The notes under the pieces are model-generated. The model saw only the letters and a list, made by a program, of their open reading frames with translations, was not told where the DNA came from and ran no database searches. Shown one piece after another: positions 47,443 to 57,873 of a DNA stretch of 64,000 nucleotides. The stretch lies in contig JAQWAS010000003.1 of NCBI GenBank assembly GCA_028707495.1, positions 47,711 to 111,710 of the forward strand, in the 5' to 3' direction. Made by a program: the position numbers and the translations under genes. Positions within the stretch are counted from its first letter, which is position 1, and each line of letters starts with the position of its first letter. The stretch comes from Patescibacteria group bacterium. Lineage in GTDB: Bacteria > Patescibacteriota > Patescibacteriia > UBA2591 > JAQWAS01.

Positions 47443-47564
47443 TGTCATCCTGAATTTATTTCAGGATCTATATTTAGAATAAACATTTTATTAAATAAAC
47501 GTTACAAGTATTATTAGATTCTGAAACATCCTCCGATTTGGCGGACTAGAGTTCAGAATGATAC
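47443..47564. mobile_element. MITE-like element, family B, nearly identical to 23809-23930
   Basis: Shared segments are TGTCATCCTGAATTTATTTCAGGATCT ... AGATTCTGAAACATCCTCCGATTTGGCGGACTAGAGTTCAGAATGA. Confidence 0.65.
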
Positions 47565-47615
47565 TTATTTAAGTCATATTTTTAAAATATTAAATCTATG
47601 CTAAAATAAAAGAAT

Positions 47616-48863
47616 ATGGCTCAAAAAATCAATTCGCAACAACCTTTAGCTGATCGCATGCGTCCACAATCTTTGGACGAGTTTTTAGGTCAAAACGAAA
47701 TAGTAGGTGATAATCGTTTACTGCGTCAAGCAATTGAAAATGATAAATTATTTTCAATGATTTTTTGGGGACCGCCAGGCTGTGGTAAAACAACTTTAGC
47801 GCGCTTGATTGCTAAATTAACCAAATCTGATTTTATTGAATTTTCAGCTGTTAGTTCAAATAAAGCTGATATTAAAAAAGTTATTCAACAGGCACAGATA
47901 AAATTTAAAGCCTATCAGCAATGTACGATTCTATTTATTGATGAGTTGCATCGATTTAATAAAGCTCAGCAAGATTTTTTTCTACCGTATGTTGAAGACG
48001 GTACAATTATTTTAATTGGTGCTACAACTGAAAATCCATCTTTTGAGGTTATTAGTCCTTTATTGTCTCGAATGAAAGTTTTTGTTTTTAAACCTTTATT
48101 AGATCAAGATATTATAAAAATTTTACAACAAGCTTTAAAAAATAAAGAGCGGGGCTTGGGGAAAAACAAAATTAAAATAGATAAAAAGACTTTAGAATTT
48201 TTAGCCCAGATGAGTGGGGGAGATGCTCGGACAGCTTTGAACGCTTTAGATTTAGCAGTGAGTTTAGCTCAGAAAAACTCTCAAGGTGAAGTTGGAATTA
48301 CTTTAGAAAATATTAAAGAAGCCTTACAGGATAAAGCTTTAATATATGACAAAAAAGGCGAACAGCATTATAATATAATTTCAGCTTTTATAAAATCATT
48401 GCGTGGCTCTGATCCTGATGCAGCTTTATATTGGCTAGCCAGAATGTTAGAAGCTGGTGAAGATGCGCGTTTCATCGCCCGCCGAATGGTAATTTTAGCT
48501 TCGGAAGATATTGGAAATGCCTGTCCGACAGCTTTGGTTGTTGCTACGGCTACAGCTCAGGCGGTGGAATATGTAGGTTTACCAGAAGCACAATTGAACT
48601 TAGCTCAGGCTGCAACATATTTAGCTAGCGCACCTAAGTCAAATTCTTCATATTTGGGCTTATTAGCTGCCAAAGAAGATGTTAAAAATGAGGGAGATTT
48701 ACCCGTGCCATTGCACTTACGTAATGCCTCAACAGATTTATTAAAAAAATTAAACTACGGTAAGGACTATAAATATCCGCACAACTTTGAAAATTCTCAA
48801 GTTGATCAACAGTATTTGCCTGATAAATTAAAAAATAAAAAATATTATAAATTTAAAAAATAA
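47616..48863 (+). CDS. rarA: Replication-associated recombination protein A (AAA+ ATPase, MgsA/WRNIP1 family)
   Basis: LADRMRPQSLDEFLGQ, GPPGCGKTTLA, IDELHRFNK. Confidence 0.9.
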   Translation: MAQKINSQQPLADRMRPQSLDEFLGQNEIVGDNRLLRQAIENDKLFSMIFWGPPGCGKTTLARLIAKLTKSDFIEFSAVSSNKADIKKVIQQAQIKFKAYQQCTILFIDELHRFNKAQQDFFLPYVEDGTIILIGATTENPSFEVISPLLSRMKVFVFKPLLDQDIIKILQQALKNKERGLGKNKIKIDKKTLEFLAQMSGGDARTALNALDLAVSLAQKNSQGEVGITLENIKEALQDKALIYDKKGEQHYNIISAFIKSLRGSDPDAALYWLARMLEAGEDARFIARRMVILASEDIGNACPTALVVATATAQAVEYVGLPEAQLNLAQAATYLASAPKSNSSYLGLLAAKEDVKNEGDLPVPLHLRNASTDLLKKLNYGKDYKYPHNFENSQVDQQYLPDKLKNKKYYKFKK

Positions 48864-48872
48864 AATGGCCCA

Positions 48873-49346
48873 TCACGAGGACGGGCCGAATTTTCTGTAT
48901 TTTATTCGATAATAAATATACGAAGTTATGACAGACAGAAAGGTAGAGGTTGTTAAAGCAGCTAGGATATTTATAATAATCATTTTGGGCATGTTACCTA
49001 TGGCAATCCAAATGATTACGAAAGAAATTAAGCTACCTGCGCCAATAATATACAGATTGAGGAGATAGTGATCTTTAAATCTTTTGATGGGGATATAGGG
49101 TGTATTATTATAAAATCCCCAATGAAACATGGGACACATAAAGAGGGCATTTAATACGCCCAAAGTGAAACCAAAGGCTAAATGAACCCTTTTAAGTAGA
49201 TTCATGCCTATTACATGATTAGGCCAGAGGTGATAACATATAGCTAAAAGAATAGCTATTCCAGTGGAAACTAACAGAAACCTTTTCCCCCAACGATTCA
49301 TTTCTTCCATGTTTTCTCCTTTTGTATGTTTTTTTGTAATGAGCAT
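48873..49346 (-). CDS. Hypothetical integral membrane protein
   Basis: Track ORF. Four TM helices predicted by eye. Confidence 0.4.
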   Translation of the reverse strand: MLITKKHTKGENMEEMNRWGKRFLLVSTGIAILLAICYHLWPNHVIGMNLLKRVHLAFGFTLGVLNALFMCPMFHWGFYNNTPYIPIKRFKDHYLLNLYIIGAGSLISFVIIWIAIGNMPKMIIINILAALTTSTFLSVITSYIYYRIKYRKFGPSS

Positions 49347-49382
49347 AGTAATTCATTTTTAGTTTAGCGTAATTTTTTAAAT

Positions 49383-50234
49383 ATGTCAAGAGCGAGTTCA
49401 AAAATTAGATTATTTTTAATTAGTGTAATTTCTTTTTTATTGATTCAAGTTTTAGCTTTATTTTCTGGCCAAACGATTTTAGAAAAAGTTACTACTCGAA
49501 ACAATCAAGCGATGACTTTACCTTGGTATACTTTTATAATTTATTTTGCGATTGGCACTCTTTTAATTATTGTTTTTATTAAATTTTTTAAGCGCGGACA
49601 TTTTTTTAAATTTCTTTTCGGCTTTATGCTGTGGTGGGGAACAATGAAATTTACGGGGTTATTTTTATCGTGGGAAGTCAGCATTGCTTTATCGGTGGCC
49701 GGAGTTTATTTATATTTTAAATATCAAAAAATTTGGTTACATAATATTTTATTAGTTATGCCAATTATTATGGCCGGATGTATCTTGGGTTTCAATTTTC
49801 AGCCAAGAGATTTAATGATTGCTTTATTAATTTTAGCTATTTATGATTATATTGCGGTAATTAAAATTAAATCAATGATTAAAATGTTTACCAGCTTGGC
49901 GGAGAAAAAAACTATTATGGCTTTAATTATAACGGATAGCTGGCAAAATTTAAATTATCGATTAAAAGATTTAAAGATTTATTTAGTTAATCCAGATCGA
50001 CGTTATTCTTTTCTAGGGACTGGTGACTTGGCAATACCAATTATTTTTAGCATTTCAGTTTTAACACGTTATGGTTTGTGGGGTGGCTATTATGTGGCGT
50101 TAGGTGCTACGGCTGGTTTAGCTTTATGCAATTATGTTTTGCTAAAATATAATCGTCCCTTGCCGGGTTTACCATTTATTGGTTTGGGCTGTGTACTGGG
50201 TTATTTGGTTTATAATTTAAGTATATTATTTTAA
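49383..50234 (+). CDS. Polytopic membrane protein with presenilin/signal-peptide-peptidase-like motifs (putative GxGD intramembrane aspartyl protease)
   Basis: Motif order LAIYDYIAV (YD), FLGTGDLAIP (GxGD), RPLPGLPF (PAL-like), spaced as in A22-family proteases. Confidence 0.45.
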   Translation: MSRASSKIRLFLISVISFLLIQVLALFSGQTILEKVTTRNNQAMTLPWYTFIIYFAIGTLLIIVFIKFFKRGHFFKFLFGFMLWWGTMKFTGLFLSWEVSIALSVAGVYLYFKYQKIWLHNILLVMPIIMAGCILGFNFQPRDLMIALLILAIYDYIAVIKIKSMIKMFTSLAEKKTIMALIITDSWQNLNYRLKDLKIYLVNPDRRYSFLGTGDLAIPIIFSISVLTRYGLWGGYYVALGATAGLALCNYVLLKYNRPLPGLPFIGLGCVLGYLVYNLSILF

Positions 50235-50782
50235 TGTTTAAAAAAAACAAGCCTACAATTTTATTACATGCTTGTTGTGCTGGTTGTGCTAGTCAGGTGA
50301 TTGAATTTTTAAAACCAGATTTTGACATTACGGTTTATTTTTACAATCCCAATATTCAACCCAAAGAAGAATATAATAAACGTTTGCAAGATATACGTAA
50401 AATTTGTTTGATTTACAATATTAAATTAATTGAAGGCGAATATGAGATTGAAAAATGGCTAGGTTTTATCAATGGTCATGAGCTAGATGTTGAGGGTGGA
50501 GAACGTTGTAATTTATGTTTTAAATTTAGATTAGAAAAAACAGTTCAGCAAGCCAAGAAATTGGGATTTAAAAATTTTACCACCACTTTGAGTATCAGCC
50601 CCCATAAAAATTTTTCCAAAATTAAAGAAATTGGCTTGGATTTAGAATCTAAATATGATATTATATTTTATAGTGCTGACTTTAAAAAACAAGATGGTTT
50701 TAAAAAAAGTCTTGAATTAAGTCAAAAATATAATTTATATCGTCAAAATTATTGTGGTTGTGTGTTTAGTTTAAATAAATAA
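50234..50782 (+). CDS. queH: Epoxyqueuosine reductase QueH (DUF208)
   Basis: LLHACCAGCAS...YFYNPNIQPKEEY...CNLCF...CGC. Confidence 0.75.
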   Translation: MFKKNKPTILLHACCAGCASQVIEFLKPDFDITVYFYNPNIQPKEEYNKRLQDIRKICLIYNIKLIEGEYEIEKWLGFINGHELDVEGGERCNLCFKFRLEKTVQQAKKLGFKNFTTTLSISPHKNFSKIKEIGLDLESKYDIIFYSADFKKQDGFKKSLELSQKYNLYRQNYCGCVFSLNK

Positions 50783-50786
50783 AATT

Positions 50787-51722
50787 ATGCCTAAGTTTAA
50801 AAAAATATTAGTTACTGGCGGAGCGGGTTTTATTGGGAGTCATGTTGTTAATGATTTAATTCACGCTCAATATAAAGTCGTGGTTTTAGATAATTTAAGC
50901 ACTGGCTATAAAAAATTAATTTCACCTCGGGCCGAGTTTATTAAAGGTGATTTACGCCAAATTAAATTTATAAAAAAAGCCTTAGAAGGATGTGAAGCGG
51001 TTATTCATTTGGCCGCTCATAGTGTTGTGCCGTATTCGGTTAAGCGACCTAGATTTACTATTGAACAGAATTTAGCCGGAGGGGCAAATTTATTAGAAGC
51101 GTGCCGTAAACAAAAAATTAAAAAATTAATTTTTTCTTCCACAGCTTCTATTTATGGTGAACCAGATAATGTTCCCATTAAAGAAGATGATGCCAAATAT
51201 CCCAATCACGCCTATGGTGCATCTAAATTAGCTTTTGAAAAATTATTGAGCGCTTACTATCAAAGTTATAATTTAAATAGCATTGCCTTGCGTTATTTTA
51301 ATGCTTATGGCCCCAACGAGATGCATTGTCCAGAAACTCATGCAATCCCGTTATTTATCCAAGCAATTTTGAAACAAGAACCAATTCAAATTTATGGTGA
51401 TGGTTTACAAATTAGAGATTATGTCTATGTGAAAGACATTAGCAAGGCACATGTTTTAGTTTTGGAATCAGATATTAAATTTGATTATTTTAATATTGGT
51501 TCGCAAAAGGGCACATCAGTTTTGAATTTAGTAAAAACTATTTTTAAGGTTATGGGCGTTGAAACTAAAATTAAATATTTACCTCATCGCGATGGCGATG
51601 TTCAGCAACTTATTGCCGATACGCATAAAATCAAAAAAGTTTTAGGTTGGCAGCCAGATTATACTTTGGAAGCGGGCCTGAACGAAACGGCTGATTGGTT
51701 TAGTCAAAAATTAAAAATTTAA
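50787..51722 (+). CDS. NAD-dependent sugar epimerase/dehydratase (GalE/UDP-sugar epimerase-like SDR)
   Basis: VTGGAGFIGSHV, YGASK. Confidence 0.8.
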   Translation: MPKFKKILVTGGAGFIGSHVVNDLIHAQYKVVVLDNLSTGYKKLISPRAEFIKGDLRQIKFIKKALEGCEAVIHLAAHSVVPYSVKRPRFTIEQNLAGGANLLEACRKQKIKKLIFSSTASIYGEPDNVPIKEDDAKYPNHAYGASKLAFEKLLSAYYQSYNLNSIALRYFNAYGPNEMHCPETHAIPLFIQAILKQEPIQIYGDGLQIRDYVYVKDISKAHVLVLESDIKFDYFNIGSQKGTSVLNLVKTIFKVMGVETKIKYLPHRDGDVQQLIADTHKIKKVLGWQPDYTLEAGLNETADWFSQKLKI

Positions 51723-51734
51723 TTAATATATTTT

Positions 51735-52094
51735 ATGAATATAGAAAAATGGATTGACATTAAGGGACGGATTAAAGAGAAATTTGAAATTTTAGATGAG
51801 CAAGAAGTAGAAGAAGAAATTGGCCAAGATCAACATAATCAAATCGTTAAAGCTAAAAAAGAAATTATAGAATTTCAAGGGCCTTTGGGAAAAATTAAAT
51901 TAGTTTTTAGCCAACATCCACCTTTGCTAGAAAAAAAAGCTGACTACTCGCGACGGATTGGCGGACAAATTGATGTTAAATATATTTATGATATTCAGCA
52001 ACCTCATGTCGCGTCTTTTAGTGTTTATCAATGGGATGAAGGTCAACAAGACTGGCAGGAACTTAAGATTCAAGAAGAGATGTTTGTTTTTTAA
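51735..52094 (+). CDS. Hypothetical protein
   Basis: Track ORF of 119 aa. Confidence 0.35.
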   Translation: MNIEKWIDIKGRIKEKFEILDEQEVEEEIGQDQHNQIVKAKKEIIEFQGPLGKIKLVFSQHPPLLEKKADYSRRIGGQIDVKYIYDIQQPHVASFSVYQWDEGQQDWQELKIQEEMFVF

Positions 52095-52105
52095 TTTTTA
52101 AGCTA

Positions 52106-52873
52106 ATGAAATTTTTTAAAAAATATTTAGGCTTATTTTTAGGATTAATTATTTTTGTTAGTTTAGAGTTGTTATTTAAAAAACAATTTTTAGTCTGGTG
52201 GATTTTATGTTTAAATGTATTTGCGGTAGTAATTATTTATCAGCAATTAATTAAAACACTTGAATTTAAAAAAAAGATTATTCTAATTTTAAGTCCGGTT
52301 ATTTTTTATGTGAGTTCTTTTTTATTTTTAATTTTAATTGTGCCCCAGGCGGCTACAATTTATAAACATACTTTGGTGGTTTTAATTAGTATAATTTTAG
52401 GTATGAATTGTAGCATTTGGCAACGTTGGTTTTTGTGGTCCAGAATTAATCAATCTTATTTGCAAGGCAATTTTCAATTTTTAAATTTAGTTAGCGTTTT
52501 TTTAAGCACCGCTGTGTTCTTAAATATAACCTTTTTATTACAAGTTCCATTTTGGTTTAACCAGTTTTTATTAGCTTTTATAATTATTATTTTAACTTAT
52601 CAATTATTAATTATTCAGTGTGATTTTTCGGTTAAAGCTTATTTATTTTTGCCGATTTTGGGTTTAATTTTTATAGAACTTTTTTGGATAGTCAGTTTAT
52701 TGCCAATTAATTTTTATTCTGGTGCCATGTTGATGGCTTTGTTTTTTTATTTATTTTCAGGTTTAAGTCTAGACTTTTTGAGTGATCAACTTAAAAAAAA
52801 TAATTTTAAAAAATATATTATAATTAGTTTAGTAATTTTAATTTTAGTATTAACTAGCGCTAAATGGTTTTAA
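52106..52873 (+). CDS. Hypothetical polytopic membrane protein
   Basis: Track ORF. Highly hydrophobic. Confidence 0.4.
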   Translation: MKFFKKYLGLFLGLIIFVSLELLFKKQFLVWWILCLNVFAVVIIYQQLIKTLEFKKKIILILSPVIFYVSSFLFLILIVPQAATIYKHTLVVLISIILGMNCSIWQRWFLWSRINQSYLQGNFQFLNLVSVFLSTAVFLNITFLLQVPFWFNQFLLAFIIIILTYQLLIIQCDFSVKAYLFLPILGLIFIELFWIVSLLPINFYSGAMLMALFFYLFSGLSLDFLSDQLKKNNFKKYIIISLVILILVLTSAKWF

Positions 52874-52891
52874 AAATTAAAAAATAAAAAT

Positions 52892-54127
52892 ATGAAAAAT
52901 AAAAAAGAAAAAGGACAACATAAATTAAAAGACTTTTTTTTATCACATACTACCACCAAAATTGAACAGCCAATCAAGGTTAGATGGGGTTGGTTAGTGT
53001 TATTAGCTATAATTTTAGGTTTAGCTGGTGGTTTTGTCGGTACTTTTGTTTTTCTGTCGTCTAAAAATATTACCATCCCACTTCTAGGCGAATATGATAT
53101 TGAGGAGCACTTGCCTAAACGTGAAATTACAATTCAAACTCACGAAAAAGTCACCGTAACCGAGGATATTAGAATTCAAGACTTGGCTGATCGTCTAATT
53201 AAACAACAGGTTGAAATTTATTTAGAAAAAGCATCTAGTCAAAATTTATTAGATAATTTTTATTTACCAATTGAAAGTTTGGGTCGAGCTTTTATTTTGT
53301 CTAGTGATGGTTGGTTGGTGAGTCATAAGAATATTTTTCCAAAATTAGAAAAACAGTATAATTTAGAAAATTTAGATTTAGTGGCGGTAACTACGGAAAA
53401 ATATATTTACCATGTGAATAAAATTTTGATTGATCCGTTAACGGAAATAGTTTTTATGAAAATTCAGGCGGAGAATTTACCAGTTACTATGTTAATTAAT
53501 GGTGAAGATTTAAATCCGGGTGAAGCTATTTTAAGTTTTAGCCAACAGGGCTTTTTGGAAACCGGTCGTTTACAACAATTAAATTATCAAGAGTTAAAAG
53601 AAACTGAATCTTTAGTTAAAAATTTAAAAGATTTTTCAGAGTATTTGTTGGTGGGTGATAAATTTAATCAAGAATTTGTTGGTTCGGCCATTTTTAATTT
53701 AGATAGTAAAATTCTGGGTATTATTGATCAGGCTGGTCGAGCTGTGCCGGTAAGTTATTTAAAAAATATTCTTGGCCAGGTTTTAGAGTCGGGTCAAAAT
53801 TTAGATTCAGGAGACGAATTAATTCGACCATGGATAGCAATTGATTATTTGGAATTTTCACAGTTGGCTGGTTTACAAAACACGGATTATGTTGAATATC
53901 GTGATGGTGTTTTAATTTATGGTGATCCGGACAAGACAACATTGGCTTATACGTTAGGTTTAAGAAATAAAGACATTATTCTAAAGATTAATAATGACAC
54001 AATCAACAATGAACACACTTTTCTAAAATTAATTAATGAATATAATTCTAACTCTGAAGTTGAATTAACTGTCGTTAATCAAGAGCAAGAACGCAAAGTT
54101 AAAATCAAACTCGGCGCGGTTGAATAA
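52892..54127 (+). CDS. HtrA/DegP-like trypsin-fold peptidase with a C-terminal PDZ domain. The active-site motif is divergent (GSAIF in place of GDSGGP).
   Basis: N-terminal TM helix. Protease-like core. A PDZ-like C-terminal domain (ELIRPWIAIDYLEFSQLAGLQN...). A terminator lies at 54140-54168. Confidence 0.55.
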   Translation: MKNKKEKGQHKLKDFFLSHTTTKIEQPIKVRWGWLVLLAIILGLAGGFVGTFVFLSSKNITIPLLGEYDIEEHLPKREITIQTHEKVTVTEDIRIQDLADRLIKQQVEIYLEKASSQNLLDNFYLPIESLGRAFILSSDGWLVSHKNIFPKLEKQYNLENLDLVAVTTEKYIYHVNKILIDPLTEIVFMKIQAENLPVTMLINGEDLNPGEAILSFSQQGFLETGRLQQLNYQELKETESLVKNLKDFSEYLLVGDKFNQEFVGSAIFNLDSKILGIIDQAGRAVPVSYLKNILGQVLESGQNLDSGDELIRPWIAIDYLEFSQLAGLQNTDYVEYRDGVLIYGDPDKTTLAYTLGLRNKDIILKINNDTINNEHTFLKLINEYNSNSEVELTVVNQEQERKVKIKLGAVE

Positions 54128-54190
54128 AATTAGATTATTTAAATTTTAAAAAGCCGGGGGTTTCTCCGGCTTTTTGATTTGAGTTGTTAT

Positions 54191-54880
54191 TTATCGACCG
54201 ATAGCCTCTCCAAGAAGTGAGACATCCCCATCGTTAGAGATTTCGTATGATATGAGAGTCTCGGTTGCCACGTATCTATCGCCGGGTGAATCAATAATAC
54301 GAGTTATGTGGACTATTCTATCTTTTGGTATACTCCAGCTTTCAATCTGAACACGTTCGTCAGTTTGGGGTTCAATAAAATACCAAGAAGAAAAATGCGT
54401 ATAGTCCTCCCCGATCAAGACCGCGTTTATGCCATGATTTTCATGCGAATTGTTGTCTTTTGTCATTACTTTCACAAAACAAACAGGAATATCATGGTCA
54501 TAGCCAGCTTTATATAATTCAGCTGAAAAACATCCACACGACCGTCTTTGACCAGAGGAAGTATAACGATGTTCATCTGTTTTGTCTGTTGCGAGAAAGG
54601 TTTCTATCCTTTTTATGCGTTCTTCTTCTCCTAATTCTCGCCAATAATCAGGCATGATGTGCGATTTGTTTTCAGCGACTTTGTATGATTCCCATTCCTG
54701 ATATTCAGCCTCGCTCATAGCCACCCCATCCACAAGGTATGGTTTTCTATTAGCTTTATATTTCTGATATTCCTCTTCGTTCATGGTTACTCCATTCACG
54801 AGATAGTAGTGGGTTGCCATCAGACTACCAATCAGAAGCCCGAGCAGAAGAATAACTACAACTACATTTGTCTTTCTCAT
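54191..54880 (-). CDS. Secreted protein with a possible transglutaminase-like cysteine peptidase core. GC is higher than in the flanks.
   Basis: Signal peptide. Two roughly 25-aa repeats (YLV.GV.M.E.EYQ.). C...H...D arrangement: CGCFSAELYKAGYDHDIPV ... HFSSWYFIEPQTD. Confidence 0.35.
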   Translation of the reverse strand: MRKTNVVVVILLLGLLIGSLMATHYYLVNGVTMNEEEYQKYKANRKPYLVDGVAMSEAEYQEWESYKVAENKSHIMPDYWRELGEEERIKRIETFLATDKTDEHRYTSSGQRRSCGCFSAELYKAGYDHDIPVCFVKVMTKDNNSHENHGINAVLIGEDYTHFSSWYFIEPQTDERVQIESWSIPKDRIVHITRIIDSPGDRYVATETLISYEISNDGDVSLLGEAIGR

Positions 54881-55185
54881 TTTTTCTCCTTTGAATATTT
54901 TTTTTGTCGATAATTAATATCAATGTACAATGTTTATTTATATATTTATCTTAGCATAGATTTTAATTCTTGTCAAGCTTTGTATTGTGGATAATTTATA
55001 ATATAGTTATAGTTTGATTCAAGAATTAAAAAATTTTAGATTTTTTATTTAAATTTTAAATTTTTGATTTTTATATTTTCTTTTATTCTGCTATACTAAG
55101 AGTATAGGATTATTAAATTTAAATAAAACAAGAGCGTAAAATAAAAATAAAATTAAGTGAAAATTTAAATCAAAATTAATTAAAT

Positions 55186-57873
55186 ATGATTTCTTTTTTA
55201 AACAACACACAGCGTAATTTATGGCATAGTTTAGACATTGATCAGGCTTTTAAAATTTTAGAAACCTCTGAACGTGGCCTTAAATCAAATCAAGCTGAGG
55301 AAAAAATAAAAAAACATGGTTTAAATACATTGCCAGAAGAAAAACCCTCTGGTAGTTTTAAAATTTTACTTAATCAGCTTAAAAGTCCCTTGGTTTATAT
55401 TTTATTAATTGCCGCAATAGTCTCTTTGGTTTTGGGAGAATATATTGATATGGGGGTTATTTTATTGGCAGTCATTATTAATACAGTAGTGGGTTTTGCA
55501 CAAGAGAATAAAGCTGAAAGAGCGGTTTATCTATTGCGTAAAATGGTTCATCACACCGCTAGAGTAATGCGCGATGGTCGAGAGATTGAAATTAATAGTC
55601 AAGAAGTGGTGCCTGGTGATATTATTTTTTTAGAGGCTGGTGACAAAATACCAGCTGATGCGCGTTTAATTCAGGAAAATGATTTTCAAGTTAATGAGGC
55701 GGCTTTAACTGGCGAATCGGTCCCTTCTAGTAAAAAAATTGAAATTTTAGCCAAGGGGACATCGTTAGCTGATAGAGAAAATATGGTTTACATGGGAACA
55801 GTCGTAACTCGAGGTCGAGCTCAAGCGGTTGTTTGTCAAACCGGCTTAGAAAGCGAGCTAGGAAAAATAACTTTAATGATTAAGGAAACTAAAGAAGAGC
55901 AAACGCCCTTGCAAGTTAAATTAACCAAGTTTAGTCGTTTTTTAAGTGTGAGCGTATCGGCTATTTGTGTTTTAATTTTAATTATCGGAATTTTAGAAGG
56001 TGAAAACTTTTTTGAAATGTTTATGGTGAGTATTGCTGTGGCGGTTTCGGCAATTCCAGAGGGTTTATTGGTAGCTATTACAGCGGTATTAGCCATTGGT
56101 ATGCAAAAGATTTTAAAACATAAAGCTTTGGTTAAAAAGCTGGTTGCTGCTGAAACTTTAGGTAGCACCACAGTTATTTGTTCAGATAAAACGGGCACAT
56201 TGACGGAGGGTAAAATGGTAGTAGCTGAAATTTTAACTGCTAGTTCTAAAACTAAAAATTTTTCAGCGATTACTAAAGAAAAAGATTTAATTTTTCAAAC
56301 AGCCGTTTTGTGTAACGATGCGGTTATCGAAAATCCACAAGATGATTTAAAAAAATGGCGGGTAATTGGTAGTCCAACCGAGACAGCTTTAATTTTAGGT
56401 GCCACACAAATGGGCTTAAATCGATCAGAATTAAATCAACAGCAACCAAGACTCAAAGAAGCTCCTTTTTCTTCGGAGACTAAAATTATGGCGACTTTAA
56501 ATCAAATAGATCAAAATAATTTTAAAATCTACGTTAAGGGTGCATCAGAGAAAATTTTTGATATGGTTAGTTACGTTTATGTTAATAATAAAAAAATTAA
56601 ATTAACTAGTGTGCGTTTAAAAAGTTTAAAAAAAGAATATGAAAAATTAACTCAGAAGGGTTTGCGAGTTTTAGGCTTAGCCTATCAAGAAAGTAAAAAA
56701 AATGTTTTAAATTTAGACAAAATTAAAAAAGAACAAAGTTTAGTTTTTGTTGGATTTATTGCTTTAAAAGATCCTTTACGACCAGAAATTAAAGAAACTA
56801 TTAATTTATGTCAGCAAGCTGGAATTAAAATTGTGATTGTGACTGGTGATCATAAATTAACTACCTTAGCGATTGCTAAAGAAATTGGACTTAAGGTTAA
56901 AAAAGAAAACGTTTTAGAGGGGGCTGACTTAGATAATTTAACAGATCAAGAATTTAAGAAAAAAGTTAATAAGATTATAATTTATAGTCGAGTTGAACCA
57001 CGACATAAATTAAGAATTGTTGATGCCTGGCAGGCTCAAGGTGATGTTGTAGCGATGACTGGAGATGGGGTTAATGATGCGCCAGCTTTGAAATCAGCTG
57101 ATATTGGTATCAGCCTTGGTTCGGGAACCGAAGTAACCAAAGAAACGGCAGACATAATTTTACTTGACGATAATTTTAAAACAATTGTGGCAGCCATCAA
57201 ACAGGGTCGCGTAATTTTTGATAATATCAAAAAAGTTATTTTATATTTAATTTCTGATGGCAGTTCGGAGGTTGTTTTGGTGATTGGATCTTTGTTATTA
57301 AAATTACCCTTGCCGATTTTAGCTGTGCAAATTTTATGGATTAATTTAGTTGCTGACGGCTTGCCGAGTATTGCCATGACCTTTGAGCCAGCTGAAAAAG
57401 ACGTAATGCAAATTAAACCTCAGGAACACAGTAAAACTATTTTAGATCGAGATATGAAAATTTTAATTTCAATTATTGCTACGATAACAAATGTTATTTT
57501 ATTTGTTTTATTCTATGTTTTATTTAAGCAAGGATTGGATATTCAATATGTCCGCACAATGATTTTTGCTACCTTGGGTTTGGATTCTTTATTTTATGTT
57601 TTTTCTTGCAAGAGTCTGCGTTATTCGATTTTTCAAACCAATATTTTTTCTAATTGGTATTTAATCGGTGGCATTGGAATTGGATTGGTAATGCTATTGT
57701 TAGCTATTTATGCACCATTTTTTCAAATGATTTTACGAACAGTTGTTCTAGATTTCAAAGATTGGTTAGTTATTCTAGGGTTGGGTGTATTTGAAATTAT
57801 CTTAATTGAGATTGGTAAGTATATTTTTATTTTAAAAAAATATAAAAAACAGCACCACCAAATCGAATGTTAA
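55186..57873 (+). CDS. Cation-transporting P-type ATPase (type IIA/IIB, Ca2+-ATPase-like)
   Basis: CSDKTGTLT, MTGDGVNDAPAL, TGD, 10 TM helices. Confidence 0.85.
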   Translation: MISFLNNTQRNLWHSLDIDQAFKILETSERGLKSNQAEEKIKKHGLNTLPEEKPSGSFKILLNQLKSPLVYILLIAAIVSLVLGEYIDMGVILLAVIINTVVGFAQENKAERAVYLLRKMVHHTARVMRDGREIEINSQEVVPGDIIFLEAGDKIPADARLIQENDFQVNEAALTGESVPSSKKIEILAKGTSLADRENMVYMGTVVTRGRAQAVVCQTGLESELGKITLMIKETKEEQTPLQVKLTKFSRFLSVSVSAICVLILIIGILEGENFFEMFMVSIAVAVSAIPEGLLVAITAVLAIGMQKILKHKALVKKLVAAETLGSTTVICSDKTGTLTEGKMVVAEILTASSKTKNFSAITKEKDLIFQTAVLCNDAVIENPQDDLKKWRVIGSPTETALILGATQMGLNRSELNQQQPRLKEAPFSSETKIMATLNQIDQNNFKIYVKGASEKIFDMVSYVYVNNKKIKLTSVRLKSLKKEYEKLTQKGLRVLGLAYQESKKNVLNLDKIKKEQSLVFVGFIALKDPLRPEIKETINLCQQAGIKIVIVTGDHKLTTLAIAKEIGLKVKKENVLEGADLDNLTDQEFKKKVNKIIIYSRVEPRHKLRIVDAWQAQGDVVAMTGDGVNDAPALKSADIGISLGSGTEVTKETADIILLDDNFKTIVAAIKQGRVIFDNIKKVILYLISDGSSEVVLVIGSLLLKLPLPILAVQILWINLVADGLPSIAMTFEPAEKDVMQIKPQEHSKTILDRDMKILISIIATITNVILFVLFYVLFKQGLDIQYVRTMIFATLGLDSLFYVFSCKSLRYSIFQTNIFSNWYLIGGIGIGLVMLLLAIYAPFFQMILRTVVLDFKDWLVILGLGVFEIILIEIGKYIFILKKYKKQHHQIEC

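Noticed and set aside
36212-54657. Other short overlapping track ORFs (36212-36433, 37806-38003, 41591-41803, 42185-42421, 44667-44852, 49219-49401, 52870-53076, 53721-53942, 54308-54517, 54460-54657)
   Set aside because: Each lies antisense to or out of frame within a better-supported gene. None has a recognisable motif or RBS.
54985-54993. A single perfect DnaA box (TGTGGATAA) in the P-type ATPase promoter, considered as origin evidence
   Set aside because: One 9-mer in 64 kb of AT-rich DNA is expected by chance. Only the clustered boxes at 58830-58975 are reported.
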